Part shown: in pieces, positions 1 to 8,327 of the stretch | Numbering within the stretch: the first letter of the stretch is position 1 | How the letters are laid out: each line of letters opens with the position of its first letter | DNA from: Oceanispirochaeta sp. | GTDB taxonomy: Bacteria > Spirochaetota > Spirochaetia > DSM-2461 | Reading direction: 5' to 3' | Assembly: GCA_963666275.2 (NCBI GenBank) | Contig: CAXXOA010000001.1 | Span: forward strand, 1,344,001 to 1,408,000 | DNA: 64,000 nt | Notes under the pieces: model-generated | The model's database searches: none | What the model was told of the DNA's origin: nothing | The model's input: only the letters and a program-made list of their open reading frames with translations | Position numbers and translations under genes: made by a program

Positions 1-11
1 ACGCGATTCAT
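1..11 (-). CDS. 5' end of a gene running off the left edge
   Basis: Minus-strand ATG at 11 preceded by a purine-rich RBS-like GGGAGAAGAG; only 3 codons visible. Confidence 0.35.
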
Positions 12-228
12 AAAACTCTTCTCCCTGTTGAGATAGTATAAAAACTAACTATTAGTAATTATAGAGTAATAAAAGGCGGAGGGGAAAGCAAATTCTCCGG
101 AGTTACAGTTTAAATTAATCTCCCAACCTTTTTTTATTTTCCTCATAATTTATGCTGTGATATACTGGGCGGGATTTGATAAAAAGAAATTTATGTTGAC
201 TGATAGTAAGGGGGAGGGAACAGAACCT

Positions 229-1266
229 ATGATATTTTATACAAACAGGGAACTGTATCAGAAGATTCTCTCTTCAGTTGAACACAGCCAAATGATATTT
301 ATAGGGGAAAATCCCCATAGGAACCGGAGCATCCATACTGTTGTCGCTGAGCTGATGATTGAGCTGGCAAAACAGACAGACTTCCAAATTTATGCGACTG
401 AGATGGTTTACAGCCTCTATCCCTTTATGGAGGAGAGCAGCCGACATGCCCGGGAAAGCCGGATGATTCCGGCGCAGATAACCAATTACAATAAATCCAT
501 GGAATCCCATAAAAGGATCATCTGTACCGCCCTGGATATGGCTCATGACGTAAGACATTCTCCCCATCTTGTAATGGAATTCATGGAGAACCTTATGGAT
601 GGATTGACTGATTCTTCCCTCAGACAGGCTCTCTCTGAAATCTGCAGGCTTTTTCCCGGGAATGAGGATGCTGAAGATAAAGAGATCCTGATCTGCAGGA
701 TGAAAGAAATCACAGAGCAATATAGAGGCAGTATAGAAGACGATACCTTCCGGGAGCTCTCTTTTTACTATGAACTCCTTTTGGCTTCTCTGGAGATTGG
801 CGGCTTGAATTTCCAATCTCAGGATGATCAGAGAAACAGATGGTTTATCCGTACCATAGAGAATGCCCTGGAAAGGTTGAAACAGGACAGGGCCAGAATG
901 GTCTGTCATGTGGGAGCCCCCCATGCCTATAAAAGCTATTTAAATGAAGACGATTACTATGTGGGAAAAATACCTGAAGCGGCCTACTTCGACCGCAAGG
1001 GAGGAGAAAATCCGGTTTTTTCCCTACAGATCCGACCCTTTTTCTGGACTAACCGGGGCGACTATTCAACCACACTGACGGATCCGCTGGAAATCCTTGC
1101 CTTTCAGGAACTGAAGGATTCTGATGCGGTCTATGTGGATCTGAGGGAATACTGTGAGAAGGCTGATGAGAACACAAGGAAGAAATACTCCTTAAATGGA
1201 CAATTTCAGTTTGACGGGATTCTTTTTGTAAAAGAAATTTGTAATCATGAGTACCAGATCAATTGA
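229..1266 (+). CDS. Erythromycin esterase (EreA/TIKI-like) family hydrolase
   Basis: IFIGENPH...FQIYATE N-terminal motif and RN..F...MVCHVGAPH C-terminal motif resemble the Ere fold; start moved to ATG 229 after GGGGAGG. Confidence 0.5.
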   Translation: MIFYTNRELYQKILSSVEHSQMIFIGENPHRNRSIHTVVAELMIELAKQTDFQIYATEMVYSLYPFMEESSRHARESRMIPAQITNYNKSMESHKRIICTALDMAHDVRHSPHLVMEFMENLMDGLTDSSLRQALSEICRLFPGNEDAEDKEILICRMKEITEQYRGSIEDDTFRELSFYYELLLASLEIGGLNFQSQDDQRNRWFIRTIENALERLKQDRARMVCHVGAPHAYKSYLNEDDYYVGKIPEAAYFDRKGGENPVFSLQIRPFFWTNRGDYSTTLTDPLEILAFQELKDSDAVYVDLREYCEKADENTRKKYSLNGQFQFDGILFVKEICNHEYQIN

Positions 1267-1340
1267 TGCCTATAGTAATTTGACTAGTATAAATTAGAAT
1301 CCCTCCATGGCATTATTTTTTTAATAGTAGAGGTCTGGAT

Positions 1341-1892
1341 ATGTTTGAAATAGAGACAGAAAGATTATACCTGCGGAACTGGAAACTCAGCGACAGCTCA
1401 GATGTTTATGAGTATGCAGGGAGTGAACTTGTCGGTCCCAATGCGGGATGGAATCCACACAGGTCGGAGCAGGAGTCCCTTGAAATTCTGAAAATGTTCC
1501 TTCGGGAGGATGAAACGCTGGCAGTGGAGCTGAAATCTGAGGGAAAAGTCATAGGCAGTGTAGGGCTTCATAATCGCAGACCTGATGAGAATCTCAGCAA
1601 TCTGAATCAGAGAGAAATCGGTTATGTTCTTAATCCCCTGTACTGGGGGAACGGATACATACCCGAAGCTGTGGAAGGACTCCTTGAAATCGGATTTATC
1701 AAGATGAAACTGGATCTGATATGGTGCGGTCATTTTGAAGAGAACTACAGGTCAAAAAGGGTCAATGAGAAGTGCGGATTCCATTTTCAGTTTGCAAAGG
1801 AACGGAATCTGACCCTGCTGGACAACAGGACGGTAATTACCTGGTATTACAATCTGAAAAAAGAAGAGTATCTGAGCAGACAGACAAGCTGA
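1341..1892 (+). CDS. RimJ/RimL-family GNAT N-acetyltransferase
   Basis: IETERLYLR, EIGYVLNPLYWGNGY, N..S.RV.EKCGF. Confidence 0.9.
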   Translation: MFEIETERLYLRNWKLSDSSDVYEYAGSELVGPNAGWNPHRSEQESLEILKMFLREDETLAVELKSEGKVIGSVGLHNRRPDENLSNLNQREIGYVLNPLYWGNGYIPEAVEGLLEIGFIKMKLDLIWCGHFEENYRSKRVNEKCGFHFQFAKERNLTLLDNRTVITWYYNLKKEEYLSRQTS

Positions 1893-2015
1893 ACAGCCGG
1901 TCTTTCGGATAAGAGCTCAGAGCTTTCTATAGCCATTTATCTCCCCACTACGTACAAATAATCTGAAATAATCAGAAAAATTTGTTTTTTCTAACATTCG
2001 GTACTATATTTATTT

Positions 2016-2044
2016 CAAAGAATAGAGCAATGTTCTATTCTTTG
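2016..2044. promoter_or_regulatory. Probable TetR operator (inverted repeat)
   Basis: CAAAGAATAGA-GCAATGT-TCTATTCTTTG, perfect 11-bp arms just upstream of the RBS of the DUF4260-tetR pair. Confidence 0.7.
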
Positions 2045-2060
2045 TTTTAGGAGGTTTATT

Positions 2061-2408
2061 ATGCCGAAGATTCATCTTCGTATTGACGGTTTAATGCTTA
2101 TGGCTGCCGGGCTGGCTCTCTATGCTCATTTTGACTATCCCTGGTGGATGTTCATTGTCTTTCTTTTTGCTCCGGATATTTTTATGGCGGGCTATCTTTT
2201 CTCTCCCCGTCTGGGTGCCCGGATCTATAATATCGGGCATACCCTGATCTGGCCGGTGTCCCTGGCTCTGATCGGTCTTTTCACTTCGGGAGGGCTCTGG
2301 TTCGCGGCGGCCCTGATCTGGACATGCCATATCGGTCTGGATCATCTGATCGGATACGGATTCAAATATGACGATGCCTTCGGGCATACCCATTTTTCGG
2401 AGATCTGA
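2061..2408 (+). CDS. DUF4260-family small membrane protein
   Basis: LRIDGL, FLFAPD..M.GY, YN..H, HIGLD...GYGFKY...F.HTH. Confidence 0.8.
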   Translation: MPKIHLRIDGLMLMAAGLALYAHFDYPWWMFIVFLFAPDIFMAGYLFSPRLGARIYNIGHTLIWPVSLALIGLFTSGGLWFAAALIWTCHIGLDHLIGYGFKYDDAFGHTHFSEI

Positions 2409-3074
2409 GTGGCCTACAGACGAACCGAAAGCCGTATCCGCCACAGCGAGGAAGTGAAGAACAGTATCCTTGCGGCTGCGGTTTCCCTGCTCGAAAAAGA
2501 GGGATTTTCAGCTCTGACAGTCAGAAAAACAGTGGCAGCTGCCGGTACATCCAATGGGAATTTCTATTTTTACTTCAGGGATAAGGAGGATCTGATAGAT
2601 CAGATTATCCGGAGTGAACTGGATAGACTGGGTGAGTTTATCGATCAGGCAGGAAGAGTTACTTCACGGGAAGATGATTCGGTCTACGCTGTATTGGCAT
2701 CCATGGTTTATACAGGAGTCAGGATAGGGTTGAGACTGGTCCGGGAGGAGGGGGTGCTCTTTCTTCCCGAACTGAGACCCCGGACTTTTGCGGGGCTGCG
2801 GGATTTTATGATTCAGAGAACTCAGAAGGTCTTTGCCCGGGGAGTCAACCTGCCGCCGGGACTGACTCCCTCACTGGCCGCTGTTTTATGGCAGGGATCA
2901 CTGTTGACTGTGATTGATGAGTTCCGCGATAGAAAAGAAGCCCATGGGGAGATTGCCAGGCAGTCCGCCGCCTGGAACCTGCGCGCCCTGGGAACATCCG
3001 AACCGGATATCCTCTCGTCCCTCATAAAGGCGGAAGCAATCTGGAGCACCATGGAAGAATCCTTTCTGAGTTGA
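2409..3074 (+). CDS. TetR/AcrR-family regulator
   Basis: ILAAAVSLLEKEGFSALTVRK..AAAGTSNGNFYFYFRDKEDL HTH. Confidence 0.9.
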   Translation: MAYRRTESRIRHSEEVKNSILAAAVSLLEKEGFSALTVRKTVAAAGTSNGNFYFYFRDKEDLIDQIIRSELDRLGEFIDQAGRVTSREDDSVYAVLASMVYTGVRIGLRLVREEGVLFLPELRPRTFAGLRDFMIQRTQKVFARGVNLPPGLTPSLAAVLWQGSLLTVIDEFRDRKEAHGEIARQSAAWNLRALGTSEPDILSSLIKAEAIWSTMEESFLS

Positions 3075-3122
3075 AAAATTCAAGCAGATCAATAGATTCT
3101 ATTTCCTTTATGGATGTCCTTC

Positions 3123-3180
3123 TTGACATAAGCGACACATATGTCGTATTTATAGTAAATATAAAACGACACTCATGTCG
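3123..3180 (+). promoter_or_regulatory. Sigma70-type -35 with two tandem TetR operators
   Basis: TTGACA at 3123; CGACA-N4-TGTCG palindromes at 3133-3146 and 3167-3180. Confidence 0.75.
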
Positions 3181-3200
3181 CTATTAAAGGGCGTACCACT

Positions 3201-3767
3201 TTGAACAAAGGCAGCAGAACAAAAGAAATAATATTGAATACGGCGTCCATTCTCTTTGCCCGGAAGGGATATGCCACTGTCACAATGAAGGATATCTGCG
3301 AATCCACTGAGCTCAGCCGGGGAGGGCTCTACAGGCACTTTTCATCAACCAAAGAGATTTTTATTGAGATCCTCAACAGGGACCTGGAATTGAACAGTGC
3401 CGCCGTGGATGCTGCCCTTCAGAACAATGTTTCCGCCCTGCGTATTTTTCAGCATTACCTGAATCAGGAAAAAGAAGCGGCATTAAGCAGAGACAGAGGT
3501 TTCTATTTTGCTGTTCATGAGTTTGCCTTCCTGGAACCGGATCAGCGGAAATACTTCAATCACAGGGTCGAAAAATCCCGGGAGATTCTTTCAAAAATTT
3601 TCCTCTATGGACAGGAACGGGGAGAGTTCGGACAGTTTGATATACCTGTGGTCTCAATGCATATCCTATATTTCTGGGACAGTATAAAAACATCATCCTC
3701 CATACTCACAATCACAGAAGAGGAAATTGAGAAACAGATGGAATTTATAAAGGAGCTCATACAGTGA
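3201..3767 (+). CDS. TetR/AcrR-family regulator
   Basis: ILNTASILFARKGYATVTMKDICESTELSRGGLYRHFSSTKEI. Confidence 0.9.
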   Translation: MNKGSRTKEIILNTASILFARKGYATVTMKDICESTELSRGGLYRHFSSTKEIFIEILNRDLELNSAAVDAALQNNVSALRIFQHYLNQEKEAALSRDRGFYFAVHEFAFLEPDQRKYFNHRVEKSREILSKIFLYGQERGEFGQFDIPVVSMHILYFWDSIKTSSSILTITEEEIEKQMEFIKELIQ

Positions 3768-4444
3768 AAATTTCTATTTTTAACGGCAGTCCCCGGGGAA
3801 AGGGCAGCAACACCAATGTGATCGCCTCGGCATTCCGCAAAGGAGCCGAATCGGCAGGAGCGGAGGTGCATAACTATTTTCTCATAGAGAAAGATATACA
3901 CCATTGCACAGGCTGTTTTTCCTGCTGGTATAAAACACCGGGTCAGTGTGTTTTTTCCGATGATATGCAGGAGCTGCTGGAAGCCTATATCACATCCGAT
4001 CTGGTATGCTTTGCCACTCCTGTCTACTCATGGACTCTGACAGCCTGTCTGAAAAACTTTATCGACAGACTGATCCCCCTCAAATCACCACGGGTGATAG
4101 AAGATCACGGGAATTTTGATATGCAGAACAGTAGAAGGAAAAATCCCGATGTCATGGTAATCGCCAATGCGGGGTTTCCGGGAGAAAACAATTTTCATAC
4201 TATCAAAACAGTCATGTCTGCCGCCCAACCTGTCTTTGAAATCTATCGTAACTGCGGCATGCTTCTTCAGTCCCGACGTCAGGATATAGCTGAAAAAGTT
4301 GGAGAATACCTGGAAAATGTCAGAAAAGCAGGCTTCCTTATGGCTGAGGGAAATGAAATTCCTGTAGAATTACATAGGGATCTGCAGATGGCACTTCTGA
4401 GTACGGAAAAATACATTGAGTACATCGGAGGCGGAAAAAAATGA
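3764..4444 (+). CDS. Flavodoxin-fold / iron-sulfur flavoprotein (NADPH-dependent FMN reductase family)
   Basis: NGSPRGKGSNT, CTGCFSCWYKTPGQC, ATPVY; overlaps the tetR stop. Confidence 0.85.
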   Translation: MKISIFNGSPRGKGSNTNVIASAFRKGAESAGAEVHNYFLIEKDIHHCTGCFSCWYKTPGQCVFSDDMQELLEAYITSDLVCFATPVYSWTLTACLKNFIDRLIPLKSPRVIEDHGNFDMQNSRRKNPDVMVIANAGFPGENNFHTIKTVMSAAQPVFEIYRNCGMLLQSRRQDIAEKVGEYLENVRKAGFLMAEGNEIPVELHRDLQMALLSTEKYIEYIGGGKK

Positions 4445-4498
4445 TTTTCCTGAAAGAATTTTCTTTATCGGAAAGATTTGCAGGAGAGAGGGGAACCA

Positions 4499-5155
4499 TT
4501 GAAAACAACAATACTCTTTGATCTGGATGGAACTCTGACAGATCCCGGCAGAGGTATTACAAAATCCGTTCAATACTCATTGAAGAAGTTTGATATTCCT
4601 GTTGAAGATCTGAAGACTCTGCATACATTTATAGGGCCTCCCCTGGGAGAGTCTTTCCGTCAGTACTTCGGTTTTTCCGAAGACCAGTCCCGGATGGCCA
4701 TAGACTATTACAGAGAGTATTTTTCCGAAAAAGGGCTCTATGAGAATGAGATCTATCCGGGGATCCCCGACCTGCTGGCAGGTCTGAAAGAGAGAGGAGT
4801 CACTACCGCTGTGGCTACCTCCAAACCGACCCGGTTCGCCCGTCAGATCCTGGAGCATTTCAAACTGGACCACCTGTTTGATGAAATCATAGGAAGCAAT
4901 CTGGATAACACCCGAACCGACAAAAAAGATATTATAGCTTTTGCTCTGGATCAGCTGAATAGAAACAATAAAGAATCGCTTATGGTCGGTGACAGAAAAC
5001 ATGATATCATCGGGGCTGTGGCCCATAAGATGGAATCAGTGGGTGTACTTTACGGCTATGGATCCAGAGAAGAGCTTGAAGGGGCAGGGGCTGACTGGAT
5101 TGCCGGAGATGTGAGTGAACTGGGCAGGATTCTGGATGGGCTTATTACACCATAG
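4499..5155 (+). CDS. HAD-family hydrolase (phosphoglycolate phosphatase/5'-nucleotidase-like)
   Basis: FDLDGTL, ATSK, MVGDRKHD, YGYG; probable TTG start at 4499. Confidence 0.9.
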   Translation: MKTTILFDLDGTLTDPGRGITKSVQYSLKKFDIPVEDLKTLHTFIGPPLGESFRQYFGFSEDQSRMAIDYYREYFSEKGLYENEIYPGIPDLLAGLKERGVTTAVATSKPTRFARQILEHFKLDHLFDEIIGSNLDNTRTDKKDIIAFALDQLNRNNKESLMVGDRKHDIIGAVAHKMESVGVLYGYGSREELEGAGADWIAGDVSELGRILDGLITP

Positions 5156-5191
5156 CTCCGGAAGGAGTGTCTCCGCTCGAAGGATAGGACA

Positions 5192-6112
5192 ATGATAAAC
5201 CGTGTTCCGAGCTTACTTCGCAGTACCAGATATGAAAACTGCCGAGTCGAAAGGCTTGTGAAAGAGGGTTATGAATATCCAGATCTTTTTGTTCTCACAA
5301 ATCCTGAGGGCCAACGTTTCTACCTTAAAATTGCAGATCAGGAGAATCCCACCCTGAATGTATCTCTTCCCCTTCTGGAAAAGATGAAAAATCCCAATTC
5401 GCTTATACAGAAATATAGGGACATTCTGAAATTTGAGGGTCTGTACGGACTGATTACAGAAGAGATCACCCTAGAATCCTCCGTCCCCATAACATCGGGC
5501 TCCTCCGTCCCCAGGGAACGCTCCATTGTTCCTGATCAAACAAATATGAAAACCCTATTCCGTAGACTTGCTGGATTTCACAAAGAAAATATGAACCTTG
5601 AAGAAAAGATAACATCCAACTATCTGGACTATGAGCCATTTAATTCTGTTTCTGAACTAGTTGATGCTGAATTCAGAATGCATAAGACCTCACTGCCGGA
5701 AAGGTTTGTGCCCGGGATTGCTTCAGTAGTGGAGCCTTTGAAGAAGGGTTTTAAAACAGTCATTCACGGGAATATTCATAAGGGGAATATGATTCAGGGA
5801 GAGTTCCCCCAGCTCATTGATACAGAGACCCTTCATATGAGCTGCAATCTGTATGACTTTGAGTATTTTGATCTTTCAGGCTTCTATGGGAATTCACAGC
5901 TGTATTTTCACAGGGAAGCACGGGAGTGTTATGACGCCTATTTTGAAGAGCTGAACTACGGTGAATCAGAAACGCTGGCCGCAGTCTGCGCTATTGAGAT
6001 GCTGAATCTTCTCAGAGAGATAACTTTCAGAACCTGGCAGGGGGAGTTGACTGTCAGAAACTGGGCGGAACCGAAACTGGATTCACTGATAGAGATGAGT
6101 AAACAGGTATAA
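5192..6112 (+). CDS. Aminoglycoside phosphotransferase/choline kinase-like fold protein, possibly degenerate
   Basis: FYLKI, VIHGNIHKGNM (HGD replaced by HGN), LIDTE; contains two CCTCCGTCCC repeats in frame. Confidence 0.6.
   Translation: MINRVPSLLRSTRYENCRVERLVKEGYEYPDLFVLTNPEGQRFYLKIADQENPTLNVSLPLLEKMKNPNSLIQKYRDILKFEGLYGLITEEITLESSVPITSGSSVPRERSIVPDQTNMKTLFRRLAGFHKENMNLEEKITSNYLDYEPFNSVSELVDAEFRMHKTSLPERFVPGIASVVEPLKKGFKTVIHGNIHKGNMIQGEFPQLIDTETLHMSCNLYDFEYFDLSGFYGNSQLYFHREARECYDAYFEELNYGESETLAAVCAIEMLNLLREITFRTWQGELTVRNWAEPKLDSLIEMSKQV
5478..5511 (-). repeat. Two copies of the RAYT-associated 10-mer, inside a CDS
   Basis: CCTCCGTCCC at 5478-5487 and 5502-5511. Confidence 0.8.
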
Positions 6113-6124
6113 AAGGATGCACCT

Positions 6125-6364
6125 ATGTTTATAAGGGGTTTCAAAGAGGGAGAGGAAAGCGTATTGAGAGAAGTCTTTTGTTCTTCTATCCATGGGAATA
6201 CAGAAAAGTTTTATACGGAAAGACAGCAGAATGCCTGGGCTCCCGCAGATTATGATGAAGAGGATTGGTCTAGACGGATCCGTCAGCTGCACCCCTATGT
6301 GATGGAAGATCAGGGAAAGATTATTGGATATGCTGACCTTCAGGATGATGGATATATAGATTGA
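6125..6364 (+). pseudogene. Truncated YafP-like GNAT acetyltransferase
   Basis: YTERQQNAWAP...IIGYADLQDDGYID then stop; the acetyl-CoA-binding half (R/QxxGxG/A) is missing. Confidence 0.7.
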
Positions 6365-6513
6365 AAAACGGACTCCATTGAGACAAGGACTATCCGGAAG
6401 TCATCTAAAAGAGGTCAGTTGTATCTCCTTCTTCCCTGAAACTGTCTTTTCCGGTTGTATGATAGAATGGAGGGCAGGAGAGATCGATACTAATTCCTGG
6501 TAAGTCATACACA

Positions 6514-7377
6514 ATGAATATAGAAAAACAAATTGAGTCCAATAAAAGAGTAAACCTGTTTTTTCACGACCTGGAAAAGGTGATGAATCTGGATAAGGAT
6601 TTTGTCAGGGAACTTCTGGAACTGAAAAAGAAGCAGGCTGACCTGCCGGATGAGGAAGTGGAAAAAATCACCCGGAAAGTCCTGCAGATTTTTTATGGCA
6701 TTAATCAGTATCTGAATGTAACGCACAAGGATATTGAGGATCTAAAAAATATTTACAGAGTCACCTATGCCGAGGCCGCGGAAACGAATATCCATGAGGT
6801 GATGATAGAGCATCACAAACAGTTGTCCCTCTGGCTCTCCCGGTTCTATCCGGCTCAGTTTATTGAGCAGCTGAAAAGACAGGAGGAGATCGGCAGTGTT
6901 CTGAATGAGGAGTATACTGCAGAATTCCAGAGAACAATACTGGATCTTGATATCCCCTCTCTGAAGGAACCCATCCTGGATATTGGCTGCGGTTCCCGCG
7001 GGCATCTGGTGACAGCTCTGAACCGGCAGGGCAAACAGGCCTGGGGGATTGATAGAGTTATCCATTCCAGCGAAAAGTATTTCCGGGAACAGAGCTGGTT
7101 TGAATACAAATTTGAAAAGGAAAGCTGGGGAACAATCATATCCCATATGAGTTTCTCAAATCATCTTCTTTTTACCTATCGACATGATCCCGAAAAATTG
7201 CCGGAGTATCTGAATACCTTCAAAGAGATTCTGGAATCACTCAGGATTCACGGGACTTTTATCTACACTCCGTCTATACCTTTTCTGGAGAATTATCTGG
7301 AAGGAGCAGGCTATACGATCTGCAGTAGGGAAATAGCTGAGCAGATCAACAGATCCACGATCCAAAGGAACTGGTAA
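6514..7377 (+). CDS. Class I SAM-dependent methyltransferase
   Basis: ILDIGCGSRG motif I, AWGID. Confidence 0.75.
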   Translation: MNIEKQIESNKRVNLFFHDLEKVMNLDKDFVRELLELKKKQADLPDEEVEKITRKVLQIFYGINQYLNVTHKDIEDLKNIYRVTYAEAAETNIHEVMIEHHKQLSLWLSRFYPAQFIEQLKRQEEIGSVLNEEYTAEFQRTILDLDIPSLKEPILDIGCGSRGHLVTALNRQGKQAWGIDRVIHSSEKYFREQSWFEYKFEKESWGTIISHMSFSNHLLFTYRHDPEKLPEYLNTFKEILESLRIHGTFIYTPSIPFLENYLEGAGYTICSREIAEQINRSTIQRNW

Positions 7378-7482
7378 CAGAGGAAGTAACTCTCCGGTGG
7401 CTGGAGTTGCATGAGAGAAATGAGACGATTCAGCTGAACCAGTGAAAAAAATTAGCCGCTGGAATTTATCCTTTCCAGAAAA

Positions 7483-7738
7483 CCTCCGTCCCCCCATTGT
7501 CTATCCTCCGTCCCCCGGAAAAACAGATATAACCAAAACAGGGGTTTAAAACTGAAAGAGACCTGACTCTCATATGTATTAGTTTTCCCGAATCGTATAG
7601 ACTTTTCGTGAAAGGGACGGAGGTTTTGTTTTAATTGTTGGAGAGAGGGACGGAGGTTTGGTAGGAGTGAGAAAGGTCGAGGGACGGAGGATTTAAGGCG
7701 AGGGACGGAGGATTTAAGGCGAGGGACGGAGGATTTAA
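7483..7738. repeat. Cluster of seven 10-mer motifs, including a 3 x 21-bp tandem repeat
   Basis: CCTCCGTCCC at 7483, 7505; GGGACGGAGG at 7614, 7647, 7681, 7702, 7723; (CGAGGGACGGAGGATTTAAGG) repeated about 3 times at 7678-7738. Confidence 0.95.
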
Positions 7739-7745
7739 AAAGGTT

Positions 7746-8204
7746 ATGAGAAGAAAAGATAAGAAAATCCAGGATCAGAAGGTAATTGATGAAATCTTTC
7801 TGAAAAACAAAGTCTGTCGAATAGGGTTTGTTGATGATAACAAGCCTTATGTGATCTCTATGAATTACGGTTATCAGGAGAATCTCATTTATGTGCACAG
7901 TGCTCTGGAAGGCCGGAAAATTGAGATCATTCAAAAGAATAACAGTGTCTGTGTGGAGATCGCCGATGCCATTGAAGTGGTGGACGCTGAAAAAGCTTGT
8001 GATTTCACAACAAAATACCGGTCTCTGGTCTGCGAAGGGAAAATCCATTTTCTCGCAGACTTAGGTGAAAAAAGAGAGGCTCTGGAAAGAATCATGCTGC
8101 ACCATACCGGAAATTCCAATTGGAACATGCCTGATCCTGCTATAGAGAAAATTGCCGTAATGAAGATAGTGCTTCAGACTATCAGCGGGAAGATTTCCGG
8201 ATAG
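7746..8204 (+). CDS. Pyridoxamine 5'-phosphate oxidase / Nim-like flavin-binding protein
   Basis: MRRKDK, PYVISMNYGY, YVHSALEGRK, YRSLVCEG, ISGK. Confidence 0.85.
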   Translation: MRRKDKKIQDQKVIDEIFLKNKVCRIGFVDDNKPYVISMNYGYQENLIYVHSALEGRKIEIIQKNNSVCVEIADAIEVVDAEKACDFTTKYRSLVCEGKIHFLADLGEKREALERIMLHHTGNSNWNMPDPAIEKIAVMKIVLQTISGKISG

Positions 8205-8291
8205 GTATTTAAAAATGGCATAGAAAGAAGGATAATTTGATTTTATAAAGAGGGGATGAATTAAGATCCCTTAGGCACAATCAGATAATCA

Positions 8292-8320
8292 AAACCGGGA
8301 GTCTTTGGGGATCCCGGTTT
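8292..8320. terminator. Probable bidirectional intrinsic terminator
   Basis: AAACCGGGA-loop-TCCCGGTTT between convergent genes. Confidence 0.7.
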
Positions 8321-8327
8321 AATTTTA

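Noticed and set aside
7483..7738. CRISPR array
   Set aside because: The repeat is only 10 bp, spacers are irregular and partly identical, both orientations occur, and no cas genes are present
7452..8048. 198-aa minus ORF with KSSVPRL repeats
   Set aside because: Translation of the 21-bp DNA repeat, antisense to a well-supported gene
229..8204. Integron cassette array
   Set aside because: No tyrosine integrase and no recognisable RYYYAAC...GTTRRRY attC sites; several genes have their own promoters and operators
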